Notes under the pieces: generated by a model
Databases searched by the model: none
Seen by the model: the letters and a program-made list of their open reading frames with translations, nothing else
Told to the model about the DNA's origin: nothing
Made by a program: the position numbers and the translations under genes
NCBI GenBank assembly: GCA_036172245.1
Contig: JAYWIR010000013.1
Coordinates: 1,488,001-1,552,000, forward strand
Direction of reading: 5' to 3'
Length of the DNA: 64,000 nucleotides
Origin: Raillietiella orientalis
Taxonomy: Eukaryota
In this document: piece after piece, positions 50,516 to 64,000 of the stretch
How the letters are laid out: each line of letters begins with the position of its first letter
Numbering within the stretch: position 1 is the stretch's first letter

Positions 50516-53500
50516 ATAATAAAAAGTAATATATTTACTACTACTACAGTTTAGTTTAAATACAAGCTTTTAATTATTCAAATTTGGGTGCTTCTGATCC
50601 TTTAGAGTAATCATATGTAGTTGGGTTGTATAACTGCAAAAGAATTCAATCATCACCACTGAGGAAATTAACTTCAAACCTTAAATTGCTTTTTATCATA
50701 TTTCTCAAAAGGGCGTGAGTCAGTCTTATGTGTCCACCTCACGTCAGGACCCCTTGCTGCATGAAACATTGTGAATACAGCTATGCTACCAGCTGCCCCC
50801 AGCATAATAAACAAGGGGATGATCTTCAAATAGAGACATTTTGAATAAATTTCTTTACTACATTTATTAGCATTCCCAAGTGATTAGAATGATCCATTGC
50901 GCAAGCCTCAAACGCGTATTTAAGCATTCTAAATATGAAAGCTGAAAGACCTTATTTTTTTCATGATACCGCTTACTAAGTTTAGGAATAAAGTCAGAAT
51001 TGACGATATATCTGCGGTTCGATGGATTTTTTACGTAAGAAAACCACACAACGCGTCATTTCTACATAATGTTTTTTTTGAACATTAAAGCATTGCTTCT
51101 GAAAATTTATTTCCAATCGAGTCGGCATTAGACGTGATCCTTAACATCAAGCAAGTAAAACATATGGGTACCGTCGTTTGCTACCGTCCTATCCTCATTA
51201 TCCTTATAAAGAATTGCACTGGCCAATACAAATGAAAAGCACGCAAACAATTAATTCTCAAATTTCCTCATGTTATATTGGTAATTTACTTCCTCAATAT
51301 AAATATTTCCTCAATTCAACAATAGTAGACAATACGCAGATTCAAAATGAATGAAACAGCAGGTAGTTCCAAATCTTAATACATAAGCTTTTTTTTAAAA
51401 AAAACTTAAAAGCTCTAAACTTACTCCGGGGTTGTTTTTAATCACGGAGAGACTAAACAGTTTACCCATTGCAGAAGCACACTTCTCACTCCACTAGCTT
51501 GGTTCAGAGTACCAACTTGTCCGCAACGTTCCAATCTTTCAAGACGCTTTTTTCACAAAAATACTGTGAAAGCTCTTTGCCAACTCTTCAAAGTAATTCA
51601 AGGTAATATTCTAAATTAAGTGTGATTAATATGACGGCACAGACAGTTTGTGAAACTCACTTATTTACTTTAAGAGACTATTTCCACATCATAATATTTC
51701 TAGAAAACGAACATACAAACAAAGGAACTTGCATTCCTAAAGGTTACAGATCAGTAGATGGTTTTTGAAACCATGCTTCCGTGACACTTTCACAATGGTA
51801 ATTCAAGTGCACTTTAAAAAAAATGAAAAAAAGATTCTTTAGTCAAAGTTCAGTTCCTTTTGGTTCCAGGGTTCTTACAGAAAAGTTGATGTTTCAGGTC
51901 ACTCTATATTAATGCTAATTGAAAAGTATTCGAAATTTGACTAACTAAATAATTACACACCGAAGATTCTGATAAGCTTTAAGTATGAAATAAATAGTGA
52001 GAATCTCAACTATATCTGTCTAAAGAAATGATAAAATCTAAATAGGCGAGCATCAAATAGGAAAAAAAAAATACTTTGGAAGGTTACTAGTTGATGAATT
52101 AATTTTGAGCTGGAGACTTCTGAAAGAACTTTGAAACCTTCTTAGAATGAAACTTGTAGTTCAGTTAGAATTATCCAGTCGTAAGAACTGAAAAAGGAAC
52201 CAATCAAGTAAACAGAACGAGTAGGAATGGTTCATATTAACAAATCACTACTGCTTCACTAACAAAACATATAAAATTTCAGCCGGAGAGCAGCTACCTA
52301 ATGCTACAGATATATGGGAACCAAGTTACTGTTTCAAAAATACAATAGCAGAGAGATCAAGAAGAACTCTCATTCCCTTGAAAATTCATTAGAAAATGCT
52401 GAAAGAAAACCACGAACGAAGTAGCTCTTGGTTTTCTGAATTATTATATTTCATTCCGTGTATAACATGAATAGGAGTACAACAATTATAAATATATTAT
52501 TGATGATATCGACAAAACAAAATATCAGATGATACAAGCAAAACTAGTTGCACACAACTGTTACAATCTTGCCGAAGATCTCAAATCTTTCGGCCAGTAT
52601 TATTTTGGAATATAATCGATGTGGAAGGAAAAATATCAAATGGTTCCATTTTGATATTAAACGAGATAGCTACTGATGAAAATGAAATGAGTAAGGAAAC
52701 TAAGAATTTTAAGCAAGCATTTAACAAGGATCCTCGTTGTTCTCAGATGAAGTCACAGAAAATACTCATCCGCTAAACGTGAATTATTTTTATTATTGTT
52801 TCAGAAAAAAAAAAGTTGGACATTTCCTCGACTTCTAAATGTTCCGCAATTTGACTGCAGTACATTTCAGCACAGTCTCTCAAACAAGCTCAAAAATACT
52901 CTGTTGGCACTATGACTTTTCAGAATAAAGAAACGATTTCTTGCAATAGCTTTTGCTTAGAGTATCTCTAACACATAATAAAGATCTTTATCCCTGGGAG
53001 CCTCACTTTCGGAATTTTCTTGTTCACACATGACAAAAGCACCTTACATAAAAATACAATTTAACATACACCACGTTGAAGTATGGATGCATTATGTAAC
53101 AGACTGAGAGAAACAAACAGATACGTATAGATATTGAGGTCTCATATTCGGAAACCTTGAAAGACTTACTATTGTCTCGTGAGTTCATCTGAGAGAAGTT
53201 AAAAATTCTCATTTTGTGGCAAGACCCTGCGAGGGATCCTTCAAGCTCGTATATGTTCAAAACAGAGTTGAAAGGGAATTTAGGAATCATAAAATAGCAC
53301 ACGAGATTTCCAAATTCAGTTTATTGACACCTGTGCTGTATGTCTTACATAGAAATGCATTAACATTTAGGACAAAAGATGAAAACCTGCTCGCCATATG
53401 AACAAAGAGTTTTGTTCTTTCGAAATTGAAATTCCTCGATTTTCCGGATCGGATCACTGCTTTTGATTCTGCAGCCACTCATCATGACGTTGCGTTTGCC

Positions 53501-56500
53501 ACATGGGATTGCACACTAGTGGCCATCACATAACAAGTGTCATCAATGGATTGCTTTCATAGCAATCTTCTGATGATTTTTGAATTAGTGCTTTAATCGA
53601 TAGCATGATAAAGTTTTAAAAACTTTTTACACAAAAGAACTCCTCAAGAACATGGTTTTAATGGAAGGCATCTATGGAGGAGGGTTATTGAAACAGCAGT
53701 GAGCAAACGAAGTTAACATAGTAGCTTGCACTGTTAACAGCAAGTAAGCAAAAGTGAAAATAAACTATGGAGAAATAGTTATCCTTGAAAAGTTAATTTT
53801 CCTTCAAGATTGCTTCATGATCTGCACTGAGGAACAAGTATGTAAAGGAAACACTTCGGCAGCAAAGTTGTAAACAAATTCTACAGCAGCAATGACGTAA
53901 TCTTAACTCATTTGATCTGGAAACCTCAATGGTTTTTAAGTAATTCGTGTATTCAGTTGAGTGTCCATATATTTAATACGCGGATTCAGTATGCATACCT
54001 TCTCTGAATTTATTCTGATATATTGAACGATGGGTAAGTAACTGCACCAAATTATCATTTGCACCTTATATAGGGAAACTCATGCAGCTGGTTCCAAATG
54101 TGTTCCACACTTACTTTTGTAAGCTCATTTTCATGAGATGCAACGGAAACTATATAAGAATATGGAGGAATGACCGTTTACGCCCAAGCAGATCAGTCCC
54201 CCAAAATTTTATCAGATAAGACTGTGAGACCTTGCTTCAACCTGCTGACTGATTTCTGCTGACCTCAGCATGCCCAAGCACATCTAGAAGATGCAGCCTT
54301 TCCCTCTCGATTCCGGAATCCTCAAATTTCAGTAAAAGGAGGAGACAAGGGATTCCCTATTCAGTTTATGGAACGACTTGTTCGGTAATTTGTTGACTCT
54401 TATATTTCGCTTCATTGCATCATTTTTTTCTCATCATGAGCCTCGAAAGTGGAATAGGCGAACAGTGAGTGTTCACACGGTGGACGTCAACTATTTGGCA
54501 AACACGTACGATATGAAACATAAAAAAGGAAAATGCCCGAATGCTCAGTGCAAGAGTCAACTCTCATCCCCAAATGGGGATCATCAACTAAAATTCCTAT
54601 AAGCGAGAAATCTTTACAGCTTCGAAGATCCCGTTTACCTAAAATGAAATAAACCGACCCAATCAGTTTGTCTTATTCCTTATTGTGGATTACATTGAAA
54701 GTAATTGCAAATTCAGGACTGTAGAAGATTTGGAGAATATTAGGCATGTATGGAAGAACTTTGAGTCCATCAGGGGAAGGAAGACGAGAATGTTATGGCA
54801 TACCTGTTACCAAGATTTTTAATCAGAAAGTGAGCCAAACAATTTCCTGGATGGTGGTAAAAATCCCTTAAGCATTATGTGGAAAAAAAAAATTATGCTT
54901 TACAGAGAAAAAACTGCTTTCAGTTCCAGGGAAGAAGGAACAAAATTACTCTGTCCGGAAGATTCATTCCAAAAATGGATGAGCCCTTGGGAGGTGGAAA
55001 AGAACATTTGTGAAAATCATGAATCTGTGGCGAAGTATGCTTTTGAAGGGCTTTGGGAATCAACCTTGCATCTCAATTTTCCTGAAATTCGGTATCAAAA
55101 AAGTTGCTTATATTTACGAGCATTACAAATTTGAGAGAAAACAGCTCCGTCCTCTAAAACCCGATGAAACGAGAAAATCCCTTTGTGTAATCCAATTGGC
55201 ATAAAGGAGATTGCAATTGTTTACAATTCTTTTCAAATACGGAATCAGAGAGTGTAGATTGAAATGCGAGCTCAATTTTTCCTAAAGGTGTAAAGAAAAG
55301 AAGGAACGGGAGTGAATGTCACAATGAAATAGGGGTTTCAAAGATGAATACCCCGACAAGCTGAGTGCGAAGTTGCTTTCTAGGAGGAAGGGATGTTTCG
55401 GGAGAAATAGAATGTAGAGCACTTAGCATCCAACAACACAACTGACTCTTTGGAAAAAGTTTACTGTTTCGCTTTAAATCTCGGCAGACAAATCAGCTAT
55501 CGAATTCCGAGAAATGAGAGGGTGATAAGCAGACAGTTTAGCACCATATATATTTTTTTTTCTTCCTACCGATAGCAGATGTTATGCACTTTTGCGAAGG
55601 CCCAAATGCCAACACGTTGCATTTGCTCCAGGTTACGATTCCGATATTTGTTTTGTCCTCGGCCACACACAATTTCGGAACTCTTGACCTTTGTAAACAC
55701 CACAACCAAGTGTGGTTTTCTGCATACACATTCTTCTGGAGCTACCCTTGGACGCCGCTCATGGGTTTTTATCAGGTAGACTGAGAATCCGCTTTACTAG
55801 GGGTACCGAATTCCTTATGAATTTTAATTTGGCATAAGAAAAGATGATGGCTATGATAAGTTGGGAATTTGGATTTTCTGCATCTATATGCTCATCTCGA
55901 AGAACAGGAGAAAAAAAAACCTTCTAAATGACATCATAGAATTGTATCAGAATCGAATGTCGTTCTAAAAAAAAACTGTGTGTATGTATGCAAAATAATG
56001 ACCATTGACCTTTTCTGAACAGCATAAGAACGAAAATTTGAGACTGATTTTTTTGGAAATAAAGTTGTGTGCTGATGCTTTGCTGATAAAATGTGAAGTT
56101 TGCACAGCTTCCTTTCTTCCTCAGCAAGAAAATTTAATGCAGCAGAATGCTTTTTCCTCTTCGTGTATCTTCGAGCCTCAGTGCATATTTCCATACAGTT
56201 TGTGGTTCGCACAGTGTCTTATGAGTTTTAGTTTAAGTATTAATCTTTAATCTTTGTCAGTCTTTCTTTTGTTGATCCTACTGATGGTCTTGGATAGAAA
56301 ATGAGATTGTTTGCTCGTCTGCAAAAATGGTTGAATTACCTGTGAAATGTCACTTTTGCATGATGGAAATGAACAAAGAATTGGGGACCTGCATACTTTG
56401 AAAGATCGAAATCTCATCAAGGATTTGATAAAAACATTGGTACTCTTCTTAAATGCTTTAGAAATGGCAAACTCAAATAAATATTGTATGCGCCATATCC

Positions 56501-57999
56501 TTGGACGTAATGAACATTCAGTATCTGTTCACTTTTCAATGTCAGAGTTTTTATTTTTTTGAACCTTCCTTTTTCCAAAAAGTGCATGTTGGCTGCGCTG
56601 AAATGTTGTGGGTAAGGGTTTCGAAAGCAAACATTGTTCCTGTTCAATAAGTCTGCTTGAATACTATCTTGAAAAGAGTGATTATTTGCAGAAACTTTTG
56701 CTCGTAATCATGTAAGCACTGCGTGATAGACAGAAAATTTTGAATCTTGAGGGTTACTCAATTTTTACTTCGGGGATTGAATGCATGGAAATTAAGTCTG
56801 TGAGAGAAAATTTTGCCAAATATTCCATCTACTTCTTATCTAAGTTAACTACTGCATGTTGCTGTTCAGAAATCCACTTAATAGCGATTTTGTTTTATTT
56901 GTATTTTGAATTTTTCCAGAGTTTGAAGGCCAGCATAGATTCTAAGCACAGAATCATTGATAAGTAAAGCAAGTCATATTTTCAGAATTTGACTTGCTGA
57001 ATTTCTTTGTTCTTATGTGAGCTCTTACTGTTTTTATGTTGCATGCTTGTAATATGGAAGCACGAAATTTATATTTCCATTTTCCTTCTCGCTTTTAATG
57101 TTCATGTTGTCCTGTTTGAAAATATTTCTTGCTGAAACAGTAGGTGTTTATGCTCTCTTTTCCTTGATGACTGCCATCGAACTGTGGTGAAGTATTTTAT
57201 TTTTTCATTATTCGACACGTGTTTGTATATTCATGGTGAATTTTTGGTATTCGGTAAATGAAACGCTGAATGCTTGCTATCGGAAATCCTTATTTCCATG
57301 GACTGTCAGGGGCCTTCCAAGTTTGAGTTCAGCACATGAGAGTCTTCTTTCAATTCGAAAAGAATTGCTACTTCGAAAGATTCTGATAGTGAAAATAAGT
57401 GTTCCGATTTCATTCTTGAATTCGGAAAACATTATGTGTGCACTTATTCAGAATATCCACTAGCAGATTATCTTATTACAAAGGAGTTTGCGAAAGGGAT
57501 GATGAATTACATGGATTTTGAAAAACATTTTATGATTCATTCATAATTTTTACATACATTTCTGTTGCGTATGAAAATATCTTCGTTAAGTGACTAAACT
57601 AAAGTTTTAAAGAATCTTCAAAGTTACTTGAAAGCAGTTCTTCCCGACAATGATTTTTCTTACCATGCGGTTAATTTTCAAGATGTGTTGCGCGGCAGCA
57701 TGATGAAGACGACTCATTTAGAATCCTTATGCTTACCCCGAATTGATGTTCAACTTAAGGTGTGACTAGCAAGTGCAGAAAGGGAACACAGAAACAAGCA
57801 GATGTCTTCCCGATTTGAGGCAGTGCGTTGTATTTCAATGTCAGAAAATTTGTCCACTTGGCAACTCTGGTAGCGCTCTTTGCTAATTGCAATGATACAC
57901 CACTAGCATAAGAAAACAATTCCAATTTATTCTGAACGAGCCTTTTGTTGTATTCCACGTGCAGGTTATAGCATCAAAAATTTGATTATTTGTACATAA

Positions 58000-59891
58000 G
58001 TAGGTACTCTTGCGTTTTCCTTCCCTTTTGGGCGAGTCCATTGTATATTCCATGGTTGTTGTTGTTTGAGTAGGGTTCGGCACTGCGGCGACGTAATAGC
58101 TGTGGGATTTGTGCTGAGGTACTACCAGCGGAAGCGCCAGCAAGTTTTGAATGAAGTGGTTTGTGTAGAACACTCACTAGTTTTTGTGTTGCTATCTGAT
58201 TGCAAATCGGACCAAAAGTATGCATTTTGTTTGAATTACAAATTGATTGAGTTTTGCAGGATTGAAAACGTAAGTATCCCCCTGTCGTAGTGAAAAAGGC
58301 ATGAAGGTTGCACGGACTAGCTCGTGTTTTTCGACTTACATGAGATCAATTGATCATTTTCGAGCGAGTTCCGTTTGTGTGGCTGGTGTTTGGTGGACTT
58401 GCTTGACGAGCTGGTTTAGACCCTGTAAAATTTTCTGAAATCTTCGCTTTGACCCGAATCTCGGTTTTATTTGGTACATTTTGAAAGCTTTTTTTTTTTT
58501 TTTTTTTTTAAACGTGGGTGAGTGTGCCTAGGAGATGGCAAAAAATTTTCGAATCGCAATTTTTTTTTTTTTTTTTTTGAATGTGTGGCTGCGCCTTTTT
58601 AAACTTTAGGTTGAATTCGGTTATCGCTTATCAACGTATTTATTAGATAATAAGATGTAGCTGGAAGTTACGCTGTATATATATATATGTATATATGTAT
58701 ATTTTTTGTGTGTGTTGTTTTTCTCCTCCCCCCCATTCTCATTGTTTCTGTTGTACTGTATCTTCCCTGTTCCCGAAGCGTACGAATGCGTGGGGATTTG
58801 TCTGAACGAGATGTTCTTTATGTAAGTGTGGAATCGTACATCGCGGATGCAGCGAGCAGAGCGCACGGTCGACGCATTCTGTAGCCGATGGGCGACGCTC
58901 TCCAACTGTCGCCGGATTCTCCCTCCGTGTGGAAGGCATTGTTGCCCGTGCAGTGTTGGAACACTTCCGGTGCCGGAATCGATTGCGGGTCGCGTGCAAG
59001 CGTGCTCGTCCGATAAGGGGGAGAGGGGGGGATTTCGGGTGGCGGCGGTGATCGGAGAAGGGTCCAGCGACGGAATCGCGTTGTTGCGAAAATTTTCTTT
59101 ATTTTTTCATTTTACGGAAGTCCCCTCCCCCCCCTCATTTTTTTTTCTTATCTTTTTTTTTCTGTAATGCGGCCACACTGCATCACACGCGGGTGGAGGG
59201 GGTGGGGAGGGGGGCGGGAACGCTCCGTGGACCTCGACCGAAAGTTGTACAAGTTGTTCCTCCCGTTCAATACTAATTAGTCGTAATCAGTCTGTTTTGG
59301 AGACCGATCAAATTGGCGACATTACCACCTCCACCAGCACCACCACACTTTTGCGAGTTGTCATCTGCTCGCGTGTAGCAGCAGCAGCACGGTGGCGGCA
59401 TTTGCGCATTTCTTTCGCCGCTGCTCGCGGTACTTTCCTGTTGGACTAAATACGGTTGCGGGGGGCGACGGGATGCGATGCATTGCAGTGCTCGGCAGAA
59501 CTGCCGGAGTAGTGCTAACCAATCAAAACACGCGTGTCACGGAGGTTCATATGGGCAGCAGGTAGCTTTTCGGTGCTGTGCAGGGGGGGAGCGATGGAGA
59601 TTTCGTGCGAGAGTTCTCTTCTTCCTCGTAAACAAAATGAACGGCAACCAGCGGTAGAATCCGAGCCCCACTGTGGGAAGGTAAAAGCATTTTCCCCCGT
59701 GTGTTCCGTACGTGTGTTTATTTTTGGCCGAGAAAACGAATTTTCAGGCAACTTTTGATCCGAAGTGTCATTGTTAATTTTGTTTTTTTTTTTTTTTCCT
59801 TTTTCTTTTTCTTTTTCTTTTCCTCCTCCCTCCTTCACCCCCCCTCCCTCCATCTCGAACTCAAGATACCATCCCCTGATGTTGCAAAAGT
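58000..59891 (+). promoter_or_regulatory. CpG-rich promoter / 5' UTR region of SIN3
   Basis: Local GC and CpG enrichment, G-runs and poly-T tracts immediately upstream of the SIN3 ATG. A candidate non-coding exon donor GTAAGT lies at 58270. The TSS cannot be determined from sequence. Confidence 0.45.
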
Positions 59892-62800
59892 ATGAAACGA
59901 CGTTTAGAAGAAAATTTAAGATTGGAAAATAGCGGAGTTGGAAATCTGTATTCCCAGTCTAGAAGAACAGGAAACGAAACTTTAATTCATCCCCCCCCTT
60001 CGACGAGTCCTTTTGGAAGGTCTGCAGCATCCCATTTACAAGTTGCAACAAATCATACAGGTTAGTTGAGAGTTTGACGGAAAAGCCGTTGGATAAAATC
60101 GATTATCTAATAGGGAGCATGGAAGTTTCTAAAGGTGCGATGTTGTGCATTAGACTTTGATCCAGTTTGCGTTTATAGCTTGAGCATTTATGTCATTTCA
60201 ACTCATAAGAGTACTTGACACTAAACTCAGTTTCTACTATTTTTTTAGAATTTCCCTTTCGCTTTTTTTTTTTTCTTACCCCATTTTCCCTTCATAATTT
60301 TTTTTTCCAAGTATATAAAGAAATCATTGCGTATACAAAGAGAAAATCTAGCTATAAAACCACTAGCATTGAGTGATTTTATACGGATACTGGTTATCTT
60401 TCTTACATGCATAACAGAGCCCCAAGTTTAAGGTAAAAGATCATGGAAAAAAACTAGTATTGCCAAAAAAAATTAGACTGTATATATTTGTATTAAAGTG
60501 TGCTCTTCTGGTATTGTTGCATTGAATTTCAAGTTTCTCCCGAGGATTCATATTTATTATGAATCCTGAACAACTTGGTGTATAATTGTTTTCGTATTGG
60601 TTGTTTGGTAATTGTTTGATAATGATCATACCAAAATACCGAAATATTCAGATACTTAAGAATACCTGGACTGGAAAGCAGGGATTGGAACTTCATAAAA
60701 TTGTAGTGGTCACTGTTCTTTTTGATCAGGGATTTTTGCGTTTGATTCGTAGGAAATAGTTAGTCGTAAAAAGTAATACATGTAAGCGATTTTTAGTATT
60801 TCAAAAAATAATGATTTGTTTTCTTGAAATTCCCAGCATTACAATTTAAGATTCAGTACACAATAAACTTCTCCCTGCCAGAAAGAAATACACAAGGATT
60901 TAAAGTTTGGTAAATGAATGTTCATGATTTAAATTTGATTTTTTTCCTGTTCAGAACTTGCTAGTATCTTATGTATGCAGACTCTTTAAGAAGTTTGTCA
61001 AGTAGGCCAAGTATGATGGCAAATGATCTCTTTCATAGTTACAGCAAGTTTATGCATAAGGATTGTATTTGATTTAACACTACTGTATCATACTGCATAA
61101 AAATGGGGTGGTATTCTTGAGACTAAGCACTCTTTTCTTTCTTCCTTTCTCTTTTTTTTTTTTCCTTTTCACAAGAGTAGAAAGGGAGCATTTGTGTTCG
61201 TAACAAATTCTTATGCTAAAGATTAAAAAAAAAATTTGCATGTTCATATCCAAGTATTTACCTAATCATGTGTTCAAGGAAAGGTTTTGATTTCACAGTA
61301 TTCACATGTGTGCCCCATTCTCTGTATCTTTTTGTGTTTTTGGAAAAATGAGCACCAGCTCAGAAAATGGCTGTTTTTAGGACACTTATTTGATTTACAT
61401 TCTCCCAAAATTCTGTGAATATTTTTTTCCATATGATGATTTATAAAAATGAAGGGAAATTTTTGGCTTCCTATTTGTAATGCAGTCTTGTTCTGCTTCT
61501 TCATTTATTTTGGAATTCGAAATAACAAAAAGTCCAAAGACAAGTAGAAAATGTGTTGAGTTAAAACTTTAGTGGTCGCCTGTTTATTGAGTGTGAGAAA
61601 GAAAAAAAAAAAAAAACATGGCAGCATTAATGCAAATATGCATATTTAGAATCCCATATGTTTCTGTTGATCTGATGTGATAGTTTTAATATAATTATCA
61701 CTTTTAGAATTTTGCATAATGGATTGTGCATTGCATGACTGACAAGTACAAAATGTGCTATCTTGTTTGTTTCTGCCTATAAGTATCATTGCCAACATGT
61801 TTCTGTGTGGTGCTGTAATTTTTCTGAATAGCTTGTTTCAATGCATAAAGATAAGTTGCATGTGCTATGTCATAATTTAGGACAATCATAAGCCAAGTTT
61901 GAGTATGTGATAGATGTCCTGTAATTGAAAAGCTCATTCTGGAAGCTTGCATCAAATTATAATCCTGAGTATTGCTAGAGCTACATTGATCGTATTTTTG
62001 TGCACTATTCATTGTGTAAATTCATTGAAAATACTGAGTAAACAAATCCATAGTTAACAAAAGTTCCTTCCCAGTTCTGAATTTTGTATCAGTAGGGAAT
62101 TCGAATTCATCTGCTTGGTTTATTTTTCAAGTGGTATTTGGATGAAGTTTTGTAATAATACATTGAGTACAGCCAAAATTTTATCTGTTTTGCAATTTCA
62201 ATGGGATCAGTGCATTTGCATTAGACATTTCTAAATGAAGTTCACATCTTGCATTTGAAACCATTTACCCTACTGTTGCAGCTGATTATGGAGTCTGTTT
62301 TGTAGAACAAGATAAGGGATTTGCAGTTATTTTTCAAGAACACAGACAAAGGTACAAATGCGTACCAATTGCTATCTCATAATTTCATAAAGTGTGGGAA
62401 ATACATGGTGTTAAAATAAGTATGCATTAATCGAGATTATTAAACATGCATGACATAGGGTGCAAAGATGTGAAACAAAAGTGGAAACTATATAATGAGT
62501 AAATGTTTATGTAGCTGAGAAGATGAACCCACTTAGAAATTCAGTAAATTTAACTGAGTAATCATACAATCAGTTAATTGAAAATTATTCATGCTCCACT
62601 TTCAAATACACGAGAGGTCGAGGGTTTTCCACTGACCATAATACGGATTTTTATAAAAACGCAAATAGAAGAAGAGTTAAGTTGTTATTATCATCGAGAT
62701 GGCATTTTCAGCTTGATGAAGTCCTCAGCACAGAGGACAAAATGTTTAACCTTGGAAATTATAATATGGACAACAAAAACACAATAACAGTACATTATAG

Positions 62801-64000
62801 ATTGGATTTATTTAAAATGTTGAATGTGAGAAAAAAGACTCCTAACAAGAAGGAATACCATGAATTAGGGAGATTTAAAGTAAGTTGAATAGTTATAATA
62901 ATTTGTTTATTTTTATTACTCATTGATATCAATGACATAGTTATGTAAGCCCCATTGCATAGCATCATCTGTTTGATTGCTTCACATGGATGAACTGATT
63001 ATTTCTGCTCAAAAAGGAAATTGTTTTTTGAAACCAGATTTGTCTTTTATTCTTATGCAAACAAATACTTACTCTGACTATCAGATAGCAAAGTTTCTTG
63101 TAGTCATTCTGATTTCAATATATATATGAATTTAGTTATACCTGAAGTAGCAGTCACAGCTGCAGCCATTCTTGTGAAAAGTGAACCAGGTGTTATGCAG
63201 ACAGTTCATCCCTACTCCTTGCCGACATATTCCTCCCATTCCTCTGCAGGAATTCATGCAGGATCTACTTCTGGCCCTTTGCATGGTTTGGCTACAATGC
63301 ATAGCCAGTCACATTCTCCTCAACTTCGGCATAAAGTCAGCATATTCATTGAGTCAAGTTGTTTTATTAAATCATTGTAGATTCCAGGTGCTGTTATTCC
63401 TGCAATGGGATCAGGTCCTGGTACCCAGCCTTTCCAGAGATTAAAAGTTGAAGATGCTCTGTCGTACCTAGATCAGGTGAAATTCAAATTCTCCAATCAA
63501 CCACAAGTATATAATGACTTCTTGGATATCATGAAGGAATTCAAAAGTCAAAGGTTTGGGATTTAGTTCTGTCATACAGAGATCTGAGTATGTTGTATAT
63601 TCAGTATTGATACTCCAGGAGTAATTGAACGAGTATCTAATCTTTTCAAAGGTCATCCTGAACTTATTGTTGGTTTTAACACATTTCTCCCTCCTGGTTA
63701 CAAGATTGAAGTTAGTATATATATATACGTATATGTATATTTTTCTTGGTGATGTATTAATTATGTTCAGGTTTCTACAAGCACCCCTGGACAGATGACC
63801 CAGACTGTGTACACACCTTCAGGGATTCATACTCAAACTCATACCAACCCTAGCCCTCCAGTCACTTCTCCTTTATCAACTCGTGCTACCACGTTACCGA
63901 TTTCAGGAAGGTCTGTTATGAGAGTAACATTTATTTGAGACTGCTGTATTGTTCACAATAGTGGAATTGCACAAGCAGCAAGTTTCCCTGTACCAAACAA
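59892..64000 (+). CDS. SIN3: Paired amphipathic helix protein Sin3 (HDAC co-repressor scaffold), 5' part; continues beyond the window
   Basis: First coding exon 59892-60060 begins MKRRLEE (cf. MKRRLDD of SIN3A) and joins in phase 1 to 63136. PAH1 reads [76 protein letters not shown] over exons 63381-63553 and 63605-63710. Confidence 0.96.

Overview
This is animal nuclear DNA, not prokaryotic. It is most likely from an arthropod, inferred from arthropod-type alternative micro-exons in the dynein intermediate chain and PIP5K1 genes. The genome is gene-dense and its GT-AG introns are very short (typically 38-54 nt). I assembled six conserved housekeeping genes by hand: the 3' end of CFAP410/C21orf2 (+), mitochondrial NAD kinase NADK2 (-), cytoplasmic aspartyl-tRNA synthetase (+), VPS72/YL1 (+), type I PIP5-kinase (-) and cytoplasmic dynein intermediate chain (+). 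The 5' part of SIN3 (+) is also present. These genes lie in AT-rich, CpG-poor sequence. A sharply bounded GC- and CpG-rich island of about 10 kb (approx. 9.9-20.4 kb) interrupts them and holds the least explained content. It contains an intronless secreted precursor ending in a two-Cys looped peptide, a divergent single-pass membrane protein gene whose two alternative TM-bearing exons both fit one distant downstream exon, a 22-bp hairpin, and a 5'-truncated CCHC-type non-LTR retrotransposon end with a structured 3' UTR. Other notable structures are a pair of 29-nt, apparently mutually exclusive micro-exons in PIP5K1, a spliced uORF-rich leader on VPS72, and tightly convergent gene pairs. I could not assign 32-43 kb or 50.6-58 kb. 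All family assignments come from recalled motifs; no database searches were run.
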